Part shown: positions 7,536 to 14,959 of the stretch, in pieces
Layout of the letters: each line of letters starts with the position of its first letter
How positions within the stretch are numbered: position 1 is the stretch's first letter
Assembly: GCA_034667685.1 (NCBI GenBank)
Contig: JAXDQU010000036.1
Coordinates: 1 to 17,400, forward strand
Origin: Thermoplasmata archaeon
GTDB lineage: Archaea; Thermoplasmatota; SW-10-69-26; JACQPN01; JAJPHT01
Length of the DNA stretch: 17,400 nucleotides
Direction: 5' to 3'
Notes under the pieces: model-generated
What the model saw: the letters and a program-made list of their open reading frames with translations, nothing else
Database searches by the model: none
What the model was told of the DNA's origin: nothing
Translations under genes and position numbers: made by a program

Positions 7536-7973
7536 ATGAAGGTGCAGAAGGGCGACGTCGTCGCCGTGCGCTACACCGGCAAGCTCGACTCCGGCGACGT
7601 CTTCGACAGCAACGCGCAGGGGGGCGACGCGCTCGAGTTCGAGGTCGGCGCGGGCCACGTCATCGCGGGCTTCGACACCGCCGTCATGGGCCTGGAGAAG
7701 GGCGAGTCGCGCACCATCCGCATCCCGCCCGAGCAGGCCTACGGCCCCCGCGACGAGCGGCTCGTCACGCGCCTCGACCGCAGCCTCTTCGAGGGCGGCG
7801 AGGTCAGCGTGGGCCAGCACCTCGACCTGGAGGACGAGGCGGGCAACGTCTACCACGCCGACGTCGTGGACTTCGATGATAGCACCGTCACGGTGGACTT
7901 GAATCACCACCTCGCGGGCCAGGCCTTGACCTTTGATATCACGGTCGAGAGCATCGAGCGCGAGTCCAGCTAG
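7536..7973 (+). CDS. slyD: FKBP-type peptidyl-prolyl cis-trans isomerase (short SlyD/SlpA type with insert-in-flap domain, no His-rich tail)
   Basis: GDVVAVRYTGKLDSGDVFDS, GAGHVIAGFD, IPPEQAYG and VDLNHHLAGQALTF. Confidence 0.93.
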   Translation: MKVQKGDVVAVRYTGKLDSGDVFDSNAQGGDALEFEVGAGHVIAGFDTAVMGLEKGESRTIRIPPEQAYGPRDERLVTRLDRSLFEGGEVSVGQHLDLEDEAGNVYHADVVDFDDSTVTVDLNHHLAGQALTFDITVESIERESS

Positions 7974-7983
7974 GGCGCTTCGC

Positions 7984-8075
7984 GGCTCCGCATGCGGAGA
8001 CGCGGAGCGCGCGGGGAACGCGGCGTTCTGAAGCTCCGCGACCACCGCAGCCTCCGCGGCCCCGCATGCGGAGCC
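7984..8075. repeat. 92-bp element bounded by 24-bp inverted repeats (22/24 match), each containing the palindrome CCGCATGCGG
   Basis: Left arm 7984-8007 GGCTCCGCATGCGGAGACGCGGAG; right arm 8052-8075 CTCCGCGGCCCCGCATGCGGAGCC. Confidence 0.7.
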
Positions 8076-8126
8076 ACCGGCTGCGGGCCAGGCTTCATGT
8101 GGAAGGCCAGGTCTCGCCGCCCGACC

Positions 8127-8798
8127 ATGGACGCACCGAAGCTCGGCCACGGCGACCATTGGCTCGCCGCGCTGCACCAGGACGACCCGCGCATCGCCGA
8201 CGCGCTCGCGACGCCGATCGACGCGCCCGAGGGCGTGCACGTCGCGCGCTCGCCGCTGACCGAGGCGCTCGACATGGTGCAGGTCACCGCGCGCCGCCGG
8301 CTCGTGACGGCGTTCCCGGAGCCGCGCGCGACGAGCCTCGCCCATGCCTTCCCGCGCCGCCTCGACCTGTGGCCCACGCGCGTCGAAGGCTGGCTCACCG
8401 TCGAGCACGAGGGGGCCGGCGCGCTGACGCTCTTCCCGACGGACCTCGCGGAGCACGCGGCGTACTACCAGTCGGCCGGCACGCGGCGCGGCCTCGGCCT
8501 GGAGTTGGGCGCGCTGGCCTACGTCGCGCACGCGCGCCCCGGCGAGCGCGGGGCCCCGCGCGTGGCGCCCGCGTCGCGCGAGGACGCGCGCTTCCTGCCC
8601 GACGACTACGCGTTCGAGGGCCTGGTGCTCGACGCGCGCGCGGCGGGCGAGGCCGAGGTGCTCGACCTCGCGTTCCAGAACGGCCTGGAGATGCCGGTCG
8701 TGGTCCGCGAGCCCACGCGCGCGAAGCCGGGCGACCACGTGGAAGGGTACCTGTGGCTCACGGGGCGACGGGCCTCCGGGCCCCCGCGCGAAGGCTGA
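8127..8798 (+). CDS. Hypothetical cytoplasmic protein, 223 aa
   Basis: Strong GC3 codon bias from ATG 8127 and TTCATGT at -33..-27. Motif-like segments: GHGDHW, TAFP, LGALAY, DDYAFEG, PGDHVEGYLWLTG. Confidence 0.8.
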   Translation: MDAPKLGHGDHWLAALHQDDPRIADALATPIDAPEGVHVARSPLTEALDMVQVTARRRLVTAFPEPRATSLAHAFPRRLDLWPTRVEGWLTVEHEGAGALTLFPTDLAEHAAYYQSAGTRRGLGLELGALAYVAHARPGERGAPRVAPASREDARFLPDDYAFEGLVLDARAAGEAEVLDLAFQNGLEMPVVVREPTRAKPGDHVEGYLWLTGRRASGPPREG

Positions 8799-8824
8799 AG
8801 GCGTCCGCCGCGCGACCCGCGCGC

Positions 8825-9337
8825 ATGCGCGCCCTCCCCCTCGCCCTCCTCGCCACCCTGCTTCTGGCCGGCTGCGTCGGCAACAGCAGCCCGACCTCCC
8901 CCGCGCCCCACCCGGCCCCCGTGGCGCCCGCGCCGGCGCCCGCCCACGCCTCCGCGCCTCCGCCGCCGAGCCTGCCGAGCGCGTTCTTCGTCTCGGACGC
9001 GGGCCCGATCCAGGGGCCGTTCGCGCGAAGCTGGCCCCTCAAGGTCGCCGCGGTCGGCTTCCGCGACGCGCTGGTCGACTTCAACCTCAGCGGCGCCCAG
9101 CCCGGCCTCCCGGCGACGGCGCGCCTGCACCTGAGCCTCCAGGACGCCAAGGGCCACGAGATCAAAGGGGAGGACCTCGGCCTGGGCGCCGACGCCGCCG
9201 CGCGTTGGGTCCTCAGCGCCCGCGACCTCCCCCTGCCTGGCGACTACGTCCTCAAGGCGACCAGCGCGCCGGGCGAGGCGGCCCTGCCCAGCGGCGGCGC
9301 CGGGACGTTCGCCCTCTTCGCGGCCGTCACCTACTGA
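8825..9337 (+). CDS. Lipoprotein with a Pro/Ala-rich linker and a small beta-sandwich-like domain, 170 aa
   Basis: Lipobox MRALPLALLATLLLAGC, PAP repeats, PGDYVLK, C-terminal VTY. GAAGGCTGAAG at 8790-8800 gives leaderless spacing. Confidence 0.85.
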   Translation: MRALPLALLATLLLAGCVGNSSPTSPAPHPAPVAPAPAPAHASAPPPPSLPSAFFVSDAGPIQGPFARSWPLKVAAVGFRDALVDFNLSGAQPGLPATARLHLSLQDAKGHEIKGEDLGLGADAAARWVLSARDLPLPGDYVLKATSAPGEAALPSGGAGTFALFAAVTY

Positions 9338-9376
9338 GCAGCGGAAGGCTCATGGGCGGAAGGCGGATCGAAGCCC

Positions 9377-9456
9377 GCCCGCCCCCGTCCGCGCCGCTTG
9401 CACCCTCAATCTCGTGGCGCGCCTGGGCAGACTGATGCCCGGCGGGGGCGGGCGCC
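9377..9456 (+). ncRNA. Candidate small structured RNA (three-way junction)
   Basis: Stems 9377-9387/9443-9453 (11 bp), 9390-9397/9414-9421 and 9423-9429/9436-9442. GAAGGCTCATG lies upstream at 9344-9354. No known family recognised. Confidence 0.35.
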
Positions 9457-9535
9457 TTGTCCACCCCGCACAGGAGGGGGTCGGGGGGCGACGTCCCCGT
9501 CCCCTACTTATCGAGGAAGCGTCCTTGCCGCGGGC

Positions 9536-10003
9536 ATGCAGCGCTTCGAGCGGCTCTGGACCCAGTGGCAGGAGCGGGTGGCGCGGGGCGAGTCCCCGGC
9601 GGCGTTCCTGCCCACTCTTCCCGACGAGGACGTGGTGGGGCTCCTGGCGGGGGCGCCCGACACGTGCACGACCGGGCTGACCCGGAACCTCCTGGCGACG
9701 GAGGCCATGAACCGGCTGCGCCGCGCCCACCGCGCGATCGTCACGGTGGCCACCGACCTTTCCGAGGAGCTTCTGCGGCTCCATGCGGAGGTCGTGGAGG
9801 GCGTGCTGGCGGCGCGCGAGGACGAGGCCTGGCTCCCCGAGGCGGGACGCCGCGAGCGCGAGGCCGCCCGCGAGCTGGCCATCGCCCACGCGCAGGCCAC
9901 CGGCGCGATCGAGGCGCTCGACCAGATCGCCCGCCGGGCGGGCGCCTTCAAGCTGGAGGTGCTGGCGCACACGCGCGACCCCGAGCAGTACGTGACGCCC
10001 TAG
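9536..10003 (+). CDS. Hypothetical alpha-helical protein, 155 aa
   Basis: Coding-like codon usage from ATG 9536 (MQRFERLWTQWQERV...), CTTATC at -29..-24, and an amphipathic Ala/Glu/Arg/Leu-rich sequence. Confidence 0.75.
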   Translation: MQRFERLWTQWQERVARGESPAAFLPTLPDEDVVGLLAGAPDTCTTGLTRNLLATEAMNRLRRAHRAIVTVATDLSEELLRLHAEVVEGVLAAREDEAWLPEAGRREREAARELAIAHAQATGAIEALDQIARRAGAFKLEVLAHTRDPEQYVTP

Positions 10004-10044
10004 CCGGAGAAGGCTCAAGTCCTTGCCCGTCTGCTCGCGCCCCG

Positions 10045-10145
10045 ATGCGACCGGAGGCGCCCAGGCCGAAAGTGCCGCCACCCCGAGACGGGTCGCCCCG
10101 GCCCCGGTATAGTTTCGGCGCCCCCGCTGGGTCCTTCACCTCTTT
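10045..10145 (+). ncRNA. Candidate small structured RNA with GAAA and GAGA loops
   Basis: GAAGGCTCAAG at 10009-10019, closing stem 10052-10061/10117-10126, hairpins at 10064-10076 and 10081-10092, and a pyrimidine-rich tail CTTCACCTCTTT. Confidence 0.35.
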
Positions 10146-10256
10146 CCGTTGCATCCTGTGGGCGCAGAACGATATGCATAAGACTGGGAGGGGCCTGGTT
10201 TCGGGCTGGATGGGATCGCCCGGGTGCGTTGAGCTTCAGCCTGAACAAGGCTCGCC

Positions 10257-10262
10257 GGAGGT
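10257..10262 (+). promoter_or_regulatory. Shine-Dalgarno GGAGGT for smc
   Basis: Ends 6 nt before GTG 10269. A TATA-like GCATAAG at 10176-10182 suggests a leadered transcript. Confidence 0.65.
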
Positions 10263-10268
10263 CGCCGC

Positions 10269-13200
10269 GTGCACCTGAAACGCGTCGAGATGGAGAACTT
10301 CAAGTCCTTCGGGCGGAAGCTCTCGATCCCGTTCCTGGACGGCTTCACCGCGATCACCGGGCCGAACGGCTCGGGCAAGTCGAACATCGGCGACGCCGTG
10401 CTCTTCGTGCTCGGCCCCAAGAGCAACAAGGCGATCCGCGCCGGCAAGCTCACCGACCTCATCTTCAACGGCGGCAAGGAGCGCAAGCCCGCGACCCACT
10501 GCCAGGTCTCGCTCGTCTTCGACAACCACGACCGCGTCATCCCCGTCGACGCCGACGAGGTCACGCTCACGCGCCGCATCGTGCTATCACGCTCGAACGC
10601 GGAGAACAGCTACTCCCACTTCTACGTCAACGAGCGCGCCAGCTCGCTCACCGAGTTCGACGAGCTGCTCTCCAAGGCGCGCATCAGCGCCGAGGGCTAC
10701 AACATCGTGCGCCAGGGCGACATCCTCCGGATCACGGAGCTTCCGCCCGTCGCGCGCCGGCAGATCATCGACCAGATCGCCGGCATCACGAACTTCGACG
10801 CTGACATCGAAAAGGCGAACAAGGAGCGCGCGACCGTCGAGCAGAACTTGGAGCACATCAAGATCGTGCTCACCGAGATCGACGCGCAGCTCCACACGCT
10901 CGCGCGGGAGCGCGACCAGGCGCTGAAGTACAAGCAGGTCAAGGACGACCTCGACCTCGCGCGCGTCAAGCACGCCAAGCGCCGCCACGAGGCGCTGCAG
11001 GCCGACCTCGCCAACGTGCAGAGCCTGATCGACTCGGAGACGGCGGAGCGCGCCACGCTCGACGCGCAGGTCGAGGACCTGCAGGCGCGCGTGCGCGACG
11101 TCGATGCGGCGCTCGCCGACGTCGAGGCGCAGATCATCGCCCGCGCCGGGCCGGAAGCCAAGGATCTGAAGGCGAAGATCGAGGCGCTCAAGCGCGCCGC
11201 CATCCAGGCCTCCGAGCGCCTGCACTACTCGCAGCAGGAGATCGTCGAGATCAAGGGGCAGCGCGTCGAGGCCGAGAACGACCTCAAGCGCCAGCAGAAG
11301 GAGATCGTCAAGCACGGCAAGGAGAAGGAGGCGCTCGCGGCCAAGCACGCCGAGTCCTCCGCCTCGCTCGCCGAGCGCGACGGGAAGCTGGAGCGCCTGC
11401 GCGACACCATCAGCCGCACCGCGGGCCGCGCCTCCGACGTGCAGCGCGAGCTTTCGGAGCTGAAGCTGCGCCACGAGAAGGCCGGCATCGCGCGCCACGA
11501 GACGCAGCTCGCCCACGAGCGCGCCGTTGATCGCAAGTCGCGCCTGACGCACGACGTCGCCGAGGGCCAGGAGGCCATCGAGACGCAGCGCTTCGAGCTG
11601 AGAGATTGCGAGTTCGTGCTGCGCGAGTCGGGCGCCGCCGCGGCCGCCGTCGATCCCGAAGCCCTGCGCCGGGAGTTGTTCACGCACAAGAAGCGCGAGG
11701 CCGAGGTCTCGGGCCAGCTCCGTGAGTTGGAGCCCGCGCTGCGCCGCCTCCAGAACGAGTACTCGCTGCTCAAGGCGCAGGCCGACTCGCACGAGAAGGT
11801 CGCGCAGGGCTACAACCGCGCCGTCTCCGCGATCCTCTCGGCGCGCGACCAGGGCCAGCTGAAGGGCATCTGCGGCACCATCGCCGAACTGGGCCAGGTC
11901 GAGGACAAGCTCGCCACCGCGATGGACGTCGCGGCCGGCGGCAAGATGCAGGCCATCGTCACGGAGACCGACGAGGACGCCGCGCGCGCCATCGACCTGC
12001 TCAAGCGCAACAAGCTCGGACGCGCGACCTTCCTTCCGCTCAACAAGATGGTGCCCGGCCGCCCGGCCGGCAAGCCGCTCATGGCCGTCCGCGCGCCCGA
12101 GGCGCTCGGCTTCGCCTTGGACCTCGTGAAGTTCGACGAGGAGTACCGCCCCGCGTTCTGGTACGTCTTCCGCGACACCGTCGTCGTGAAGAACCTGGAC
12201 GCCGCGCGCAAGCTCATGGGCGGCGTGCGCCTCGTCACGGTCGAGGGCGACCTCATCGACGCGGGCGGCGCCATGACCGGCGGCGACCGCGAGTCGGCCC
12301 GCGGGCCCAGCGTCAAGTTCGGCGCCAGCGAGGCCGCGCAGTTCGAGCGGGTGCGCAAGGACCTCCAGGGCGCCGTCGCGCACCAGGAGGCCTTGTCCTC
12401 CGACCTCGCCGAGGTCCGCGCCACGATCGACGCGCTCGGCAGCAGGCTCCAGGACGCCACGCTCGCGCACCAGGAGCGCAGCGGCAAGCTCGCGGACGCC
12501 ACGCGGCGGAAGGCCGAGGCGGAAGCGCGCCTGGCGCACCTGGCCGAGCAGGTCGCCGCGCACCAGCGCGACCTGATCGCCACCGACCGGGAGATCGAGG
12601 ACCACGTGAAGGCCCTCGCGCGCCTCGACGAGTCGTTCGTCGCCATGGAGCGCGAGCGCGAGGAGAAGTCGCAGATCCTGCTCGCCTCGACGCCGAAGGA
12701 CGTCGCGAAGGAGCTGGAGAAGGAGGACCGCGAGGCCGCCGCGCTGCGCGAGAAGGTCCGCGACCTCGCCAGCCAGCTCGCCACGAAGGAGCACGCCCTC
12801 GCGCTGCTCGAAGAGCGCCGCGCGGAGCTCGCCTCCCGCCTCGACGCGATGGACGCCAAGCTCGCGCAGGAGGAGGAGAGCGTGCGCGTCAACGGCGCGC
12901 TCGCCACCGAGAAGGAGCACGAGCTCGCCGTGCTGCTCGCGCTCCAGGCGCAGCAGGACGAGGCGCTCATGGGCCTCAACGCCAAGCGCGACACGCTGGG
13001 CCGCGAGCGCCTCGACGTCCTCAACAAGGCCGACAAGGCGCGCGACGCCCGCAACCGGAAGGACGACCAGCTCATCATCTACCGCGGAAGGATCCCCGCG
13101 ATCGAGGCCTCGCTCGTCGAGGTCCGCGACGAGCTCGCCTCCTTCACGCTGCCCATCCCCGACCACGTCGTCGAGAGCGTGGACGAGCTGCGGAACCGCG

Positions 13201-13862
13201 TCCGCCAGTTGGAGGGCCAGCTGGAGCGCCTCGGCAACGTCAACATGCTCGCGCTGGAGGAGTACGACCGCCAGGCCGCGCGCAAGGAGGAGCTGACGCA
13301 GGAGACCGCGCGCCTGGAGACCCAGCGCACGCACCTGCTGACGCTCGTGGACGAGATCGTCGCCAAGAAGAAGGAGGGCTTCTTCAAGGTCTACGACGAG
13401 ATCAACGTCAACTTCGGCAAGACCTACGCGCGCCTCAGCAACGGCGGCAAGGCCGAGCTGCTCCTGGAAAACCCGGAGTCGCCCTTCGAAGGCGGGCTCA
13501 CCATGCGCGCGCAGCCGCCCGGCAAGAAGGTCACGCGCCTCGAAGCGCTCTCGGGCGGCGAGAAGTCGCTCACGAGCATGGCGTTCATCTTCGCCATCCA
13601 GGAGTTCGACCCCTCGCCGTTCTATTATCTGGACGAGGTCGACCAGAACCTCGACGGCATCAACTCCGAGCTGCTCGCGCGCATGGTCAAGGCCGAGAGC
13701 ACGCACGCCCAGTTCATCGTCGTCTCGCTGCGCAAGGTCACGCTCAAGGAAGCCGAGCACGTCTACGGCGTGACCATGATGGAGAGCGGCCTCTCCGAGA
13801 TCATCGGCGAAGTGCGCATCAGCGAGCTTGCGGACGAGCCCACGCCGGAGGCGACGCACTGA
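10269..13862 (+). CDS. smc: Chromosome segregation protein Smc, 1197 aa
   Basis: NFKSFG, Walker A GPNGSGKSN, Q-loop RQGDI, two long coiled coils, hinge GRATFLPLNK...GGAMTGG, signature LSGGEKS, Walker B YYLDEVDQNLD, and QFIVVSLR. Confidence 0.98.
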   Translation: MHLKRVEMENFKSFGRKLSIPFLDGFTAITGPNGSGKSNIGDAVLFVLGPKSNKAIRAGKLTDLIFNGGKERKPATHCQVSLVFDNHDRVIPVDADEVTLTRRIVLSRSNAENSYSHFYVNERASSLTEFDELLSKARISAEGYNIVRQGDILRITELPPVARRQIIDQIAGITNFDADIEKANKERATVEQNLEHIKIVLTEIDAQLHTLARERDQALKYKQVKDDLDLARVKHAKRRHEALQADLANVQSLIDSETAERATLDAQVEDLQARVRDVDAALADVEAQIIARAGPEAKDLKAKIEALKRAAIQASERLHYSQQEIVEIKGQRVEAENDLKRQQKEIVKHGKEKEALAAKHAESSASLAERDGKLERLRDTISRTAGRASDVQRELSELKLRHEKAGIARHETQLAHERAVDRKSRLTHDVAEGQEAIETQRFELRDCEFVLRESGAAAAAVDPEALRRELFTHKKREAEVSGQLRELEPALRRLQNEYSLLKAQADSHEKVAQGYNRAVSAILSARDQGQLKGICGTIAELGQVEDKLATAMDVAAGGKMQAIVTETDEDAARAIDLLKRNKLGRATFLPLNKMVPGRPAGKPLMAVRAPEALGFALDLVKFDEEYRPAFWYVFRDTVVVKNLDAARKLMGGVRLVTVEGDLIDAGGAMTGGDRESARGPSVKFGASEAAQFERVRKDLQGAVAHQEALSSDLAEVRATIDALGSRLQDATLAHQERSGKLADATRRKAEAEARLAHLAEQVAAHQRDLIATDREIEDHVKALARLDESFVAMEREREEKSQILLASTPKDVAKELEKEDREAAALREKVRDLASQLATKEHALALLEERRAELASRLDAMDAKLAQEEESVRVNGALATEKEHELAVLLALQAQQDEALMGLNAKRDTLGRERLDVLNKADKARDARNRKDDQLIIYRGRIPAIEASLVEVRDELASFTLPIPDHVVESVDELRNRVRQLEGQLERLGNVNMLALEEYDRQAARKEELTQETARLETQRTHLLTLVDEIVAKKKEGFFKVYDEINVNFGKTYARLSNGGKAELLLENPESPFEGGLTMRAQPPGKKVTRLEALSGGEKSLTSMAFIFAIQEFDPSPFYYLDEVDQNLDGINSELLARMVKAESTHAQFIVVSLRKVTLKEAEHVYGVTMMESGLSEIIGEVRISELADEPTPEATH

Positions 13863-13959
13863 TGTTGGTCTTCGCGGCGATCCCTTCCCAACACCGCGAA
13901 TCCCGCGATCCGCGGATTCCGGGATTCTCGGTGTTGCATGCCACGAACCGGCCAACATC
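13861..13959. repeat. 99-bp imperfect inverted repeat between smc and scpA
   Basis: Inner 48-bp near-palindrome 13889-13936 (21/24 matches), with outer arms GATGTTGGTC/GGCCAACATC and TTCGCGGCG/TGCCACGAA. Confidence 0.85.
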
Positions 13960-13975
13960 CGGGGGGAGGGCGTAG

Positions 13976-14959
13976 ATGGCCGGCCTCTCGGAGCAGCAGC
14001 TCGTCAACCACCTGCTCTTCCACAAGGCGATGATCACCGAGGGGCGCGAGAACGACCGCCTCAACGAATACATCCGCCTCGTCAAGGAGCGCGGCCAGGG
14101 GCAGCACGTCGCCATCGAGGACCCCTTCGACCGCAGCATCAGCCTGGCCTTCGAGCTCGTCCTCGACCAGGGCATGGACCCGTGGTCGATCGACCTCGTG
14201 AAGTTCACCGGGCTCTACATGGCGCGCGTCCGCGAAGGCGCGCAGATCGACCTCCTCACCGCCGGGAAGCTCCTGCACATGGCATGGAGCATCCTGCGCA
14301 TGCAGAGCGAGCACCTGCGCGAGCGTGCGGAGCCGCCGCCCCCGCCGCCCGAGCCCGAGATGGGCTGGGACGACATCACGGACCTCTCCGAGCTTCCCAG
14401 CGACGTCGACGCGGCCTACAACCAGCGCGTGCTCGGCGCGGACCCGGACGACCTGCTCGACGAGAAGGTGCGCCACAAGGGCGACCGCAAGGTCACGCTC
14501 ATGGAATTGGTCTCCGCGCTCGAAGAGGCGCGTCGCGAGGCCGAGCTTCGCACCGCGATGGCGGAAAGCCGCGAGGCGTTGAAGACGCAGCGCCGCGCCG
14601 CGGGCCGTGGCCGCGCGCAGAACGCGGCGCACAAGGAGGACCAGGACGCTGACATCAAGGAGGTCTGGGAGCGCATCCTGGGCCGCAACGGCATCCCGAT
14701 CCCCATCACGGACATCCAGGCCAAGAGCCGCGAGGACGTCGTCAAGACGCTCGTGTCGGTCCTCTTCCTGGCGCGCGAGCAGAAGATCCGCGTCTGGCAG
14801 GAAGACTTCCCGTACGGCATGATCTTCATCCAGAACCCCAGCGCGCACGGGTACGTCGACCAGGCGCCCGCCACGCCCGAGACGCCCACGCTCCCCGTGA
14901 AGGCGCGCAAGCCCCCCGTCCGCAAGGCCAAGGTGGAACTGACCCATGGCAACAACTGA
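13976..14959 (+). CDS. scpA: Segregation and condensation protein A (kleisin), 327 aa
   Basis: MDPWSIDL, IDLLTAGKLLHMAWSILRMQSE, RKVTLMELVSAL, and a C-terminal winged-helix VSVLFLAREQKIRVWQEDFPYG. Follows smc; GGAGG SD at 13965-13969. Confidence 0.92.
   Translation: MAGLSEQQLVNHLLFHKAMITEGRENDRLNEYIRLVKERGQGQHVAIEDPFDRSISLAFELVLDQGMDPWSIDLVKFTGLYMARVREGAQIDLLTAGKLLHMAWSILRMQSEHLRERAEPPPPPPEPEMGWDDITDLSELPSDVDAAYNQRVLGADPDDLLDEKVRHKGDRKVTLMELVSALEEARREAELRTAMAESREALKTQRRAAGRGRAQNAAHKEDQDADIKEVWERILGRNGIPIPITDIQAKSREDVVKTLVSVLFLAREQKIRVWQEDFPYGMIFIQNPSAHGYVDQAPATPETPTLPVKARKPPVRKAKVELTHGNN

Noticed and set aside
3048-7879. Long Arg/Ala/Pro/Gly-rich ORFs (3048..4829 -, 5340..7487 -, 5717..7879 +, and similar ones such as 15317..17335 -)
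   Set aside because: Off-frame or antisense translations of GC-rich genes with low-complexity composition, overlapping better-supported CDSs.
9377-9456. Identification as a tRNA, HDV-like or hammerhead ribozyme, or fluoride riboswitch
   Set aside because: No D-arm or TTCRA loop and the stems are too long for a tRNA; CTGATG is not followed by A and there is no GAAA core; no HDV P1/J4-2 match; no fluoride riboswitch 5' motif.
10045-10278. 77-codon ORF from ATG 10045 overlapping the smc start
   Set aside because: Codon usage lacks the strong G/C-ending bias of real genes here, and it runs over the smc TATA-like box and SD. Kept only as an alternative to the RNA hypothesis.
10587-13958. 1123-aa antisense ORF opposite smc
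   Set aside because: Shadow frame expected from strong GC3 bias; no motifs, and smc is unambiguous.
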